From assembly GCF_009914755.1 (NCBI RefSeq), contig NC_060940.1: 64,000 bases of DNA. One strand, written 5' to 3'. The notes under the pieces were generated by a model that saw only the letters and a program-made list of their open reading frames with translations, had not been told where the DNA came from and searched no databases. Both the position numbers and the translations under genes were made by a program. Positions 1 through 13,464 of the stretch are shown in pieces; positions within the stretch are counted from its first letter, which is position 1; each line of letters starts with the position of its first letter. The DNA comes from the human T2T-CHM13v2.0 reference genome, Homo sapiens.

Positions 1-31
1 AGTGGCTTCCGACTCAGGCTCCAATGGACCA

Positions 32-37
32 AATAAA
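32..37 (+). terminator. CAPN15: Poly(A) signal AATAAA of the upstream gene (probably CAPN15 3' end)
   Basis: AATAAA at 32-37 followed by a U/GU-rich stretch (gttttgttttgt). Gene identity is inferred only from recalled gene order CAPN15-PRR35-NHLRC4-PIGQ-RAB40C. Confidence 0.6.
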
Positions 38-3000
38 AGCGTTTTGTTTTGTAATCACGCCTCCTCCTCCTGCTGTTGCCCCGCGCAGGGCCCTGTGGAA
101 GGGCGGGGAGGTTGCAGGTCTGAGGGGTAGGCCCTGCCCAGGCATCCCGGGCAGGCGGACGGGTGGGGGCCCCTGGAGATGGCCGTGGTGGGGTGACTCA
201 CAAGCTTGTAAGGGGCAGCCGGCCCTGCCAAATGGACGCAGCCAGGAAGGACGGAGTGACTGGGCGGGGGCAGGGGTCAGACCCTGCGGCCGCAGCCCCA
301 GGGCCGGGAAGGACTGGGCAGACGGGACAGCAGCGCATGCAGCTTCTTCCAGCGAGGCATCCGCACGGGGGGCTCTGTCTGAACCCATCAGTCACCCGGC
401 AGGAGCAGATGGAGTGAGGGGGCGCGTGGGGAGAAAAGTTTCCTGTCCCCTCCCAGCCTCGTCCCAGGGTGGCCTCTGCCCCCACACGGGTGCTGCTGAG
501 CAAAGCGCCCGCTCGGAGGCTCTGCTGTCTCCCTGGACGGAGTTGGGGGCTGGGGTGCGGCCGGCGCGGGGTAAGAGGCTGTCACGGGCAGCGTATCGAA
601 TGTGAAAGCAATTAAAGCCACCAGCAGTGTTCGCTCCGGGCGGGCCTCGGGCGGCGGGGAGCTGCCAGAACACATCTCACCTCGGTGCCCGCGGACGCCG
701 GCCCTGCTGCTCCGCGACTGCGCCACGTCACACTCCTCCTGTGGGTGGGGGCCGGGCTCGTGCCCGCTCCTGTTTGGCACAGAGCTGGCTCTGTCTAGTC
801 CTGGGGTATCTGGGACCCCCGTTCCTCCCGAGACCCTGCTCCTCTGTCCCTGGCCCCACCCCCACCACCACCCACCTCTCTGGCTTCTGCCACCCCAGTC
901 CTGGGGTGGCCCAGGACAGAGGCCCACAAGAAGGACCCTCCTTCTTGCAGGAGTCCCGCACAGCAGGCAAGGGGTCCGTGCCCACCCCCTCAGCTGCCCA
1001 GAGTCCCCACTAGCCCAGCCAGCAGCCTCCTCTCCACTTGAAAGCCCCCGGGAGCAGCTCCCACAGGGAGGTGATGAGGGAAAGGGGGGGCGTCTGCAGA
1101 GGACTCAGGGTCCCACAGCACAGACCCTGCCAGGTGTTGGGCCGGGGCCACGTGAGGGGCTGCTGCGGAGGCCTGGAGGAGGCGGCTGGCAGCAGGTAAG
1201 GGGAAAAGATGCGAGCGTCCTGCAGGCAGCAGGGAGGATTGGCTGGGCAGGACACACAGCCCTGGCGCGGGGCAGACCTTGGTGGCAGCTGTCGGGGCTG
1301 ACTCCTTCCCACTGTCACTGCCCGGCCCCCGCCCAGCCCTCCCCTCCCTTCTCTGTGCAGGCCTCTCCCCTCCCCCGCATCTCCTCCTGGGTCTCACCCC
1401 CACCAACAGCACCATCTCTCTGGTGTATCTGGTCTGTCCCAGCCCTGTGCCCCCACGGTGCCCTCTCCTGGCCCCTCTTGTTGGCGCTGCTGGCCACAGC
1501 CTTCCCGGGGTGGGCAGTGGCAAGTTCTCACTTATGAGGCATCGCTGTCAGAAGCATTTAGTGTACAAATTAGCCGTGGCCTCCTCGCCTCCTTCCACAG
1601 CTCTGGGCTCCAGGCTGACTGGGCCGCGGCTCCAGGCCCTCTCCCGCCTGCCCGGGGCGCACTGCTGCCCAGTGTGGACCCCTGGCTGCCTGCCCATGTC
1701 CTGGCAGGAGTGCCCGCTCCCCACTGGCCGGCCAGGGCTCCTCTAGGACCCCGACCTAGACCTGGGCAGGGGTGGCCATGGCAGGCCGGGGGTGCTCAGT
1801 GAGGTTTTGGGGGGTGGGAGGCCAAGGCCCAGGACCCGGATCTACCCCAACAGTGGCCAGCCCTGGTGCTGAGGGCTATGGGGGGGCTGGACATGGGGCC
1901 CCACCACCCCACCTGCCAGTTGGAGGCCCCGCCACCCCGCCCGCCAGCCCGCCTGCCACTCAGGCGGGGAAAATCATCTGTGACAGGCCCAGGAAGGCCA
2001 GCCCCGGGGGCCGCAGAGAGACACACACAGCTCCTCTTCCCAACATATGGCTGCTGTCGGCCCCGGGCGCTGCTGGCCAGTGCCAGGCTCGGGAGCCGGT
2101 GGGGGCTCGAGCAGCCTCAGCCTCCCGTCCCACCCGCCTGGCTGGCTGCCCCCTCTGTCAGTCTACATCCCAGCCTCCTGGGACGGGGCTCACTCCCACC
2201 ACAGCAGCTCAGCCCTCCAAGGAGCGTCCTGTACCCTCCTCCGTCCCAGAGGCTCAGGACACACAGAGGGTCAGCCCCGCACCCGGCCCAGGGTGGCCAG
2301 TGACCCGGCACGTCTATGAGAGTGTAGTGCATGGGGAAGGGCCCAGCTGGGGTCTTCCAGAGCCGGGAGGCGGGTGGGGAGGGGACTCTCTGGTGTGGAC
2401 TCTGGGATGGTCAGGGCTGCTGGGGAGGACTATCCCTGGTAGTGCTCGAGCCGGAAGACTCCTGGAGCCCCCATTCAGGCGCCTCCTAACAGGGCCCCCG
2501 TTCCCTCAGGTGGATGGACCCAGGGACCCCGGAGCTCCGCAGGCTCTTCGTGTGCCCCCCACACCCTTGGGCCGTTGTCCTGGGCGCTCTGGCCCACTCG
2601 GTTGCCCAGCCCCCTCCGTTCTCCCCTGGCACCCCCACTGTGTACCCGCCCATCAAGGCCAGCAGCCTCAGGCTGGTGCCGAGGGCCCTCACGTGTATCC
2701 ATGACCCCTTCCGCCAAGGCTGGGCTGCCCCTCTCAACCAGGGATCCTCAAGTGGGCAGCAAGGAGGAAGCCCCCAGGAGGCCTATGCTCTGTAGACCTG
2801 GGGTTCTTGAAGTGCTCAGGGTGGCCACAGGCCCTGGGGTCCGTTATTGAAAGGACAGACATCAGCTGTGTCCGGACACCTTGCAAGGTACTGACCCCAC
2901 GTGGGGGCTCCAACCTGCTGCCGCTGGATAGATTGCCCCGGTCTCAGGACCTGCGTGGGGCCTCCAGCCTGGCTGCAGCCCTGACACTGCCCTCACTGTG

Positions 3001-5199
3001 TGGGTGCAGGCACCCCGGCCCCTGCACCTGTCCCGACACTGGCTGTGTGTCGACACTGAGGGGATGAGACAGGCCTGCCCCCGGGCACTGGCCATGCCGA
3101 GCGCTGCCTCCGCTGCCTTCTCTGAGCCCAGCTCTCCGTCCTGCCCGTGAGCCCCCGGCACAGAGTCCCATTGTTAATGGAGGTGACAGGCGGGCAGCCG
3201 TGGGCAGACCGGGCAGAAGAGGTTAATGGCCAAAAATGAGCTTCTGGCTGGAGGCAGAAGGAGGGGCCATGGGGTCCCCATCCCACCCTGCACTGGGACT
3301 GGCTAAGGAGACATCAGGGCACCCACTAGGACCAGAGCAGAAGTGCCCGGACACTGAGCACCCCACTGCCCATTCTGCAGATGGGGGCCATGGGCCAGAA
3401 AGTTGGGGGGGTGGGGGCACAGGTGCCAAAACAGAGTCCCAGTCACTGCCTCAGGAAGCAGAAGCCACCTCTCCAAACCCAAAGTCAGCCCAGTGTGCAA
3501 GAGCTGGGACCCAGCAGGTGGGTCATGGCCACAGTGAGGAAGCTGACGTGCCCAGGGGGCCCTGTGGTTGCGGGGTGCTGGCACTGATATCCCGGCCTCG
3601 CCTGGCTGTTTGTGATGGGAACAGTCATCTGGGCACCCAGTGTACTGGCCTCACATGCTCCTCACCCCCCACCTCGTGCACAGCTGAATCTCAGGACCCC
3701 CACCAGCAGGTGCAGGGCCCCCTCATCCTCCCTGCCAGAGTCCTTCCGGGAGGCCAGAAACACGTCCAAGTTGTGCCCCGGGGCCCCTCTCGAGGCTGCC
3801 CCTCTTCTCTTCTCATGCAAACTTCTGCAAAGGCCCATCGGTGGTGAGGGGTGGAGGTGCTCCTTCAGCCTGCTCAGCGCTAGACACGGCCTTGTTCCCC
3901 CTCTGGGGCTCCTTGGTCCCCTGAGCTTCACTGGGCTTTATTTCCTGTATGCTGACATCTAGGTGCTCCAAGACCAGGCCTCCCTGCTCCCTACTTTCCT
4001 CCCCTGGACAATGGCCAGAGCCTCCAGCCAGTTGGTCTCCTGTGCTGTCAGCTGTGGCCTCTTCCAGACCTTCAAAGGGGTCAGTCTCGGGCTGGCCACT
4101 GAGGGACTACTGGTGTCAGGGTGACCTTGGACCCTAGTCTCCCGGGGCAGTGCTCAGCTGAACACGTCCAGAGTAGAGTCTATGTACAGAAGCAGCCGGC
4201 CTCCTGGCCCCCGCTCTCCACGGGGCTGCTGGCGTGACGGCAGCCCAAGCTGTCTCCCGGCCCGGAGCTGCCTGCACGGTCAGCTGGTCAGCTGGGCCAG
4301 GCCAGGTGGGCAGAGAGAAGGCTGGCATGCTCTGCCATCCACAGCACCCCTCCCAGTCCCCTGCCCCGCCCCAGGGACTTCCCTCAGACGGGCGTGTGCG
4401 GCTGTGTCAGGGAAGGTGGCATGGAGGCAGGAGGGAGACAGAGCCCCACGCCCACCCCAGAACCAGGGGCTGTTCCTCATGGACCCTGGGTGTGCTCTAC
4501 CAGGGGGCTCTGCCAGCAGCCGGGCCGGGGCCACGGAGATGCTGCTGGGCTCTCTTCTCTGCCCCATTCGAGGGGTGACACCCAGAAGCCCCGTGGGGTC
4601 CTCCCTTCTTCCCCAAGGCACCCCTGACCCCGACCTGAGCTGGGGACAGCCCGGGAGCCTGCGGCTGAGCCTGCAGAGAGCCCCAGGTCCTGGGGAGCTA
4701 TGTGGGCCGGGCTCCCTGTGCTGTTTCAGAGTCAGCAGGGAGTAGCACACTCCCCTCTGGCTGGAGACCCCGAGACGCCCGCCTACCGCAAGTGTCGGGT
4801 TTAGGACGTCTCCCCTGAGCGAAGTCAGGGGCTCTGCCCCAGCCATGCCTGTGTCCGGGAGGGAGCAGGCCGGTCAGGCGAACCTCCCCTAGGCCCCAGC
4901 TGAGCAGTGGGGCTCCAGGCCTTTACGTTCTGGCAGCTCAGGGAGCTGCTTGGAACTTGGTGCAGCCCGGGAGGTGGGGCTGGGAGCAGCCCTGGCCCTG
5001 CTTCTCTCCTCCACCGCCCCAGGTCCTCTCAGGAGGGGACTCCCGTGGGGAGGGGGTCTTTCAAACAGCAGGGAAGTGCGTGGCCTCGTGGGGCAGCGCT
5101 GAGGCACCTCCCACAGGAGCCGGGAGTGAGGGCTGGAGGGGTCCGCATCCAGGAAGGGGGAGGGTGCTGGAGACCAGCCCCAGGTGGAGGCGGTCAGCC

Positions 5200-6600
5200 G
5201 GCAGGGCGGGGTGCGAGGGGCCGGTCCGGGCAGCCTCCGGTTTAGAGGAAAAGAGAACGGAGGGCAGGGCTCGCCCAGGGAGGGCAAGGAAGGGAGCCCG
5301 GCTCCGCTGGCTCAGTCCGCGGCACCCCTGTCCCCCAGGACAGCCCCCAGGGGCCCTGGCTCGGGTGGGCCGGCGGCTGTCAGGGGCCAGAGCCCTGATG
5401 GATAAGCGCTGACGGCCCCTCTCCCGCGCCCCGCGCCGCTGACACCCATCACGCCGCGGCGGGGACCCGGGAGACCTGGCGGCCTCTGTGCACCCCCGCG
5501 GCAGCCTGCGGGCAACGGGGGCGGGAGGCGCCGGGCGCCCCTGACTCGGCCGCACACCTGCGCCGCAGTCCGCTCTCCGGCCGCTGCCTCCCGGGTTCCC
5601 GGCCGCTCCACCGCGCGCCCCGAGAGCTGAGCCGGTCCCGGCGCACGAGGCCGGTGAGTGCGCGCCAGGGGGCGGCGGGGGGCGCGCGGGCGGCGGGGGC
5701 GCGGGGTTCGGGCCGGGGGCTGCTCCTTCCCTCCCGCCGCGAGCGCGGTCGGAGGTCGCAGCGCCCCCCGGAGCCCGGAGCCCAGGCGCACGCGCGCCCG
5801 CCTCTGCCGCCAACTTCGGGAGGTGCGAGCGGCGTCGGGGGGACGCGGGCGGCGGCGGAGGCTGCGGGAGTCGCTGCCGCTCGAGGGACCGCGGACCCGG
5901 GAGGTCCGGCTCCCGGCGCCGGGCCTCAGTTTCCCCCACGGGAGCCGCATCCCACCCCCAGAGCCCCAGCGCGTCCGCGGGGTCCGAGTCGCGGCCGGCG
6001 CGGGGCGGGGAGGGGCGGGAAGTTTGCGCCCTACACGCGGCCTCGCAGACTTGGCGGCTCCGCTCCCGGCCGGGCGCAGGTAGGAGCGGCGGGAGCCGCG
6101 GGGGCGGCCAGTTGGGCGTCGCGGGGCCGGCTGGACGCGGGGCGCGGGGGCAGCGGGTGGCCAGGCGTGTGGGGGGCGCGGGGGGCGGCCGGGTCCCCCC
6201 CACCCTCTTCTCGAAGTCCAGGAGCAGCGCGGGGGGAGGGAGGGCCGCCCTCAGGGGCCAGGCGGGGAGGGCAGGGGCCGGGTCTGGGGTCTGGGGCAGA
6301 CGCCTGACCTCGCGCTCGCCGCACCCGCCTGTGTGGGGCGCCCTGCGTTCCCGGGGGAGGGGCAGCAGGATCTGCGGGTGGCCGATCAGGGTCCCCGGCT
6401 GCTGGGTGCCCCCTCCTGCCCTGTGGGGGTGCCTGTGCCCCCCGTGCCACCGGTTCTCCCCCAGCTCTCCCCCAAACAGGGACAGGTGAGTGGGGCCGGG
6501 TGTCGGGGCCTGGCACAGGGCTGCTGGCTGCCCGGGGAGCGATTGCCGGGTCCGGCTGGGACGCGCGTGTGAGTGCGTATGCGTTTGTGTGTGCGTGTGG
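5200..6600. promoter_or_regulatory. CpG island / PRR35 promoter
   Basis: Very high GC and CpG density with multiple GC boxes; contains strong splice donors at 5653/54, 6079/80 and 6485/86. Confidence 0.85.
5840..6079 (+). other. PRR35: PRR35 non-coding exon 1 (5' end approximate)
   Basis: Donor GCAG|GTAGGA at 6079/6080 inside the CpG island; can splice to the acceptor at 8672/8673. Confidence 0.55.
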
Positions 6601-7826
6601 CTGCTGTCCAGGGGTGTCTTTTGCTCTGTGTACACACACCAGGTGGGTGCCAGCTATCCTCCGGGTCCCCAAGGGGTCAGCAGCTGCTGAGACAGCCCCT
6701 TGGACAAGCCCCTGACCCGGGAGCCCCCGGTCCCTGCTGGGAGGCGGGATGGGTTGTGGCATCGGCTGGCACAGCTGTGTGGCTCCCAGGGCTGGGTGAT
6801 CGATGGCCCGGCACAGCCGCCTCTGTCGCCGGAGCGCCCACACCCATTTGTCATCCACATGGGTGGGGGGGGCGGCGGGCAGGGAGAAGGGGCCGCCTCT
6901 GCACCCACCACCCAGTCCAGGCCGGGTCTGCAGCCCCTCGGGGAGCCCCAGGACCTCTCCTGGCCCAGCCCCTGCCTCCCGACCGCCACCCTGTCTCAGC
7001 CACAGACCAGCTGGTCAGCCTCTGCCTGCCCCTGCAGCCCGTGACTGCCCTTCAGGGCCCCAAGCCTTTGGACGAGTGGACTTCTCCAGCCCTGTTGGTC
7101 GTCCCCCCAACGGCACCAACACAGTGTTTTGGGGGCAGCAGACAGCAGTGCCCCAGCCCTACCCTGCTCAACCCACTGGCCATGCATGACCACGGGTGCG
7201 ACCCCCAGCCAGGTCTGCGTGTGTCCTGGGGAGTCGGTGTGTAGGGCCTGTGTGAGCATGTGAGTGCCGTGTTGGAGTGGTTTGGAAAGCCCCCCCACAC
7301 CTGGATGGGTGGTGAGTGTGTTATCACGGACAAGCAGCCGTGTTCACCGTGATGGAGTGTGAGGTGTGTGCAGCCAGGGCCCCGCACTTGGTGGCAGACT
7401 CCGTTCTGAGCTTAGGTGGCACAGAGGTGGCTTCTCCGGGCACTGGGTGAGGGCTCTGTGTGAGCCTGTGGGCTGTGTACACACACCCAAAGCCCGTGTG
7501 CGCAGGCGTGCTGTGCACCCCACACAGGCGCGTGCTGGGGCGGTGGACAGCCCAGGTGGCGGCCCAGATGGAGTGTGGCGCGCATACCAGCGCCGTGTGG
7601 GGCGTGGGGAGGAGCGGGTCTTGGCTGAGTGTGGCCGCTGCAGGCTCGGCCGCTGACCTGCCCGAAGCCACCCAGATGGAGCTGGGCTGAGCAGGTGGCT
7701 GAGCCGTGGGGCCATGCTGGGACGTCCACTCCCCACAGCCTGGCCTGGCCCCACATGAGACTGACCCCCTAAGAGACCCCCAGTGCCCACCTGACGCCCT
7801 GCTAGAGCAGGCTCTGTGCCGCCTTT

Positions 7827-8040
7827 AGACACACACGCATACACACGCACTCACACATGCATGCATGCACACATGCACACACAATGCACACACGTGCACA
7901 TGAACACAAGCATGCACAGAGGCACATGCACACACAGGCGCACACACGTGTGCACACACACGCACATGCACGCACACACACGTGCATGCACACGCACACA
8001 TGCACACACACAGACACACACAGGCACACACACACACACG
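7827..8040. repeat. (CA)n-like low-complexity purine/pyrimidine repeat
   Basis: Runs of cacacac/catgcac. Confidence 0.9.
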
Positions 8041-8291
8041 CAGCATCATCCCACACAGACCCTTCCGTTGGTGTCTCATCTCAGTGCCTTTTCCTAGGCT
8101 TTGAACAGGCAGATTGGCAGGGGCCAGGGTTGCTGGAGGGAATGAGACCAGGAGGCTGACGTCCACCCGAAGTGAGCTCTGGTCACGCTGATTCTTTTAG
8201 CCACTCACATGCTGTGGGGAGATGGGTGTGGGCTGAACTATCCTAGAAATTGGCCAGCAAGTCGGCCTGGCCTCAGGGGTGGGGATGTGTG

Positions 8292-8495
8292 TAGGGTCAA
8301 CCGATAAAATAAAGGACGCCTAGTTAAAATCGAATTTCCGATAAACAATGAACACCTTTCTAGTGTGCCTTTCCAATATTGCCTAGGCTACACTTAACAC
8401 TCAGAAATGACGTGCTGCTGATCGGCGTCAGATGCAGCTCGCTGTCCTGGACTTTTTTTTTTTTTTTTGGTGCCCTGGACTTTGCTGCCACCCTG
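8292..8495. mobile_element. MER53-like hAT MITE, diverged
   Basis: tagggtcaaccgataaaataaaggacgcctagttaaaatcgaatttccgataaacaatgaa...tgccaccctg resembles the recalled palindromic MER53 consensus (CAGGGTTGCCAGATAAAATACAGGACGCCCAGTTAAATTTGAATTTCAGATAAACAA...GGCAACCCTG). Confidence 0.65.
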
Positions 8496-8678
8496 GAAGT
8501 GCACGTGGGGAGGAGCCGAAGGATGGGGCTCGGGGGGCACGTTGCAGGGCAGAGGCGGCGGGGTGGGGGGAGCACCCAGGCTCCAGTCCCTGGAGCCTGG
8601 GGAGCCATGGATGGAGAGGAGTGGGGAGTTAGTCAGAGGCAGGCTTGGCACTGACTGTGGCCCCATCTACAGGTGGCC

Positions 8679-8702
8679 ATGGTGCCCGGCCCTGCCTCAT
8701 AG
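8679..8702 (+). other. uORF (MVPGPAS*) in the PRR35 5' leader
   Basis: GCCATGG at 8679, TAG at 8700-8702, in frame with the main ATG at 8712. Confidence 0.75.
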
Positions 8703-9890
<1,188 letters not shown>

Positions 9891-9893
9891 TGA

Positions 9894-10724
<831 letters not shown>

Positions 10725-10924
10725 CCTGCAGCGCCTGAGGTCTGACTGTCTCTGCCTGCAGCATGCCGGCCCCTCTCCTGCAGCCCCTGCCCCTCACCTG
10801 CCTGGGACCTGCCCCGCCTCCGCATGCATGTGGATAGACCCCCACGGGCCGTGGCCAACGCTTGTCCCTGGGGCCACACAGGGACACTGGAGGTCACAGT
10901 TATTTATTGATCACAATTGTGGAC

Positions 10925-10930
10925 ATTAAA
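10925..10930 (+). terminator. PRR35: PRR35 poly(A) signal (variant ATTAAA)
   Basis: ATTAAA ~200 nt after the stop, followed by a GU/U-rich downstream element. Confidence 0.7.
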
Positions 10931-11160
10931 ACAGAAACTGTTCACACACGCCGTCTGTGCCTCCTTCCTTTGGGGCCCTAGTGTAGCCACCTGGACACCC
11001 CCCTAAGGAAGTGTCCTGGCCTGGGAGGCCTGGGTGGGCAGCAGTCCTGCTGGGCCTCTGTCTTCAGACTCGGCCCTCTCCTGTGGGCTGGGCCCTCCCC
11101 GCGGGGCTGGGGTCTGGGGGTGGGGCGGGACATCGGCGACGGGAGCTGAGCCAGGAGAGC

Positions 11161-11260
11161 CGTGTGGACTGGGCTGCTCGGCCTGTGTCTTGGTGTGTCG
11201 GGGGTGGAGAGGCGTGTGGACTGGGCTGCTCGGCCTGTGTCTTGGTGTGTCGGGGGTGGG
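11161..11260. repeat. 52-bp tandem duplication
   Basis: cgtgtggactgggctgctcggcctgtgtcttggtgtgtcgggggtgg at 11161 and 11213. Confidence 0.9.
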
Positions 11261-12419
11261 CACGGACCCCTGAACATCCTCTAGCCTCTGAATCCAGCAA
11301 GGCCGCGCTCATATCAGCTCTCCTGCGGTTAAACGGTGGCCCCGGGGCTCTGTGGCTGGAGGCTGCTCACCCAGCGTGGGCTCTGCTGGCCCCTGCCAGC
11401 CCCTGCAGCCGTGATAGGTATCAGCCTTCACAGCTCACTGCCTCCCTCCCAGCAGGGCCTGGCTTGGCCCTCCCACGGGCAGGGGATGGGCAGACAGGGA
11501 GGGGCACCCGGGACCCCCACAGCAAATCACTTCTCTCCTGGGAGAGCTGGCCACACCCTCCACGCCCACCCTGGAATGGGCTCTGGAGCCCACATCGCCC
11601 CCCCAGGAGGAGAAGCAGTTCCTGCCTGCGTCCAGCCGGGCTGGGGCCAGTCCAAGCAGGCTGGCAGCGGCCCCATTAACTACCAGGGAGATAGCATCAG
11701 CCCCGACCCTGCCTCGGGGCAGCTAGAGCTGGGGTGCTGCCTGGCCAGGCGCGGAGTGCTGTGGGGACAGGTCCCAGCCGGGCCCCTCTACCCAGAGGCT
11801 TCCTGGAGGGGCTGCAGGGGGCTCTGGGCAGCCAGGAACTGTTCCCAAGTCCCGAGTCTGAGGGAGACTCCCTGTCCTCAGCCCCCGCCCCCCATATGTC
11901 CACTGCACCCCATATGTCCACTGCACCTCAGTTTCTCACCCCCACTGAGCAGACAGGTGAGCATGGCCTTGCTGGGGGCAACAGCACCCGTCTCCCAGGT
12001 GTGGAGACACGACCTCCTTCGCTGTCACCCGTGGGGAGCAGGACAGGCCTCATGGAGGGTGCCTCAGCCAGCAGGTCACCCGCCTGTGGTCCAGACCCAA
12101 GGACCCTGCTTGGGGGTGGCAGCCTGGGGCTGCCTTGCCACTTGGAGTAATGAACTTGCTGGTTGTGGGGGGACCATGGGGGACCCCTGGAGGGGGGTGG
12201 GCTGCATGGCATCTGGCCGTGTAGGGGACGTGGGAATAGTGTCCGGGCAGAGGGCGCAGCCTGCAACAAGGCGCGGAGGCAGGAACACCACAGCATGGGG
12301 AGTCCTCAGGGGACCTGGTTTTTCTTTCATAGAAGCTTCAGGGGCCAAGGCCGGAGACTGCACTCTCCCTCCTCCACCCGGCCCAGCTGCGTCCCTGCCA
12401 GTGGCTCCTCCCACTTCCT

Positions 12420-12492
12420 CCAGTTCTAGTTTCCAACAACAGAGGCTGCAGCCACCCAGCCCCGAAGCAGGGCCCAGCGAGACAGGGCCCAG
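12420..12492 (+). other. NHLRC4: NHLRC4 first exon (5' end approximate)
   Basis: Strong donor CAG|GTAAGA at 12492/93; matching acceptor ttctctctcttgcag|12913. Confidence 0.7.
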
Positions 12493-12945
12493 GTAAGAGA
12501 CCCCTCCCCCCGGCCTCTCTCGGTGGGGCAGGTGGAGGCCCTCGGAATAGGCTGCCTCGCCCCTAAGGGGTCAGAAGTCTCCCTGACCTAGGGGCTCGGG
12601 TAGAAGGGCTGTGTGTGGGTGACCGCCCCCCCGCCGTAGAAAGGGGTTCCACAGGCAGATGGATTTGAGAAATGTTGCTTATCTGTCTGAGGCCCATGAG
12701 CTCATCTGGGGCTCAGGGGAAAACCCACAGCGAGCTCCACGGGTCATGTGTCTCCCAGACTCAAGTCCCAGGCACCTAGACACTAGGGTGGCCGCTGGGC
12801 TTGGTGGCCAGGTAGACCCTCAGGACCAGGAGGACCCGGCCTCATAGGAAGAAACTGGAGGAGTGACTTTGCCATTCCCACACACAGTGGGGCCTTATTC
12901 TCTCTCTTGCAGCCCCAAGCGTGACCCAGCTGCAGAGAAGCTGAG

Positions 12946-13464
12946 ACGGTGATTCGGACTGACTGGACTCTGGCCTCCAGGTGTCTGCACCTCACACTGG
13001 ACCCACCTGGAGACTCCACGGGCTCCCGGCAGCTCCGGCTGCTTGGGTGGATCCGGGTGCCCGCAGGGGCTGTGGGAGGGCCCCGGGGCCTGCACTGCTC
13101 CCCCGATGGCCTGCTCTTCCTCACGGCCGGGGCTGCACCCTGTGTCCACGTGCTAGATCTGGAGGGACGCCCCATCTGCCTCCTGCCCTGCCGCACTCCG
13201 GGGAGCGGGGCCTTCGTTCCAGAGGACGTGGCTGTGACAGCGTCAGGGCTTGTGGTGGTCAGCGATCCCATCCATGGGGCTGTCCATGCACTCCAGCACA
13301 CAGCCCGGGACCCCGGGGGCCACTGGGTGACAGTGGGCACCTTCCTGTCTCCCCGAGGGCTGGCTGTGGATGCCCTCAACCGCCTCCTGGTGACGGACTA
13401 CTTGCCTGGGGCTGTGCACAGCTTCTCGTTGGGTCCTGCTTGGGAGCCCCTGGCCCCAGCCTCC
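12946..13464 (+). CDS. NHLRC4: Putative AUG-less N-terminal extension of NHLRC4 encoding three further NHL blades
   Basis: Frame open from 12925; NHL motifs at 13081 (PRGLHCSPDG), 13219 (PEDVAVTASG) and 13351 (PRGLAVDALN); near-cognate codons ACG 12946, CTG 12970 and CTG 12997 in good Kozak context. Confidence 0.7.

Noticed and set aside
1856-1873. Possible REST/RE1 site (reverse complement CTCAGCACCAGGG)
   Set aside because: Only the left half matches; the GGACAG right half is missing.
24-4846. Many 100-310-aa ORFs between the upstream poly(A) site and PRR35
   Set aside because: Pro/Gly/Arg/Ala-rich with no domain and overlapping on both strands; expected from stop-codon scarcity in GC-rich DNA. 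Isolated signals (ATTAAA 611-616, donor 1195/96) do not build a gene.
5061-6635. 524-aa minus-strand ORF
   Set aside because: Coincides with the CpG island; low-complexity translation with no recognisable motif.
11336-12496. 386-aa plus-strand ORF between PRR35 and NHLRC4 as a stand-alone gene
   Set aside because: No domain and GC-biased composition; only its 3' part is considered as a possible NHLRC4 leader.
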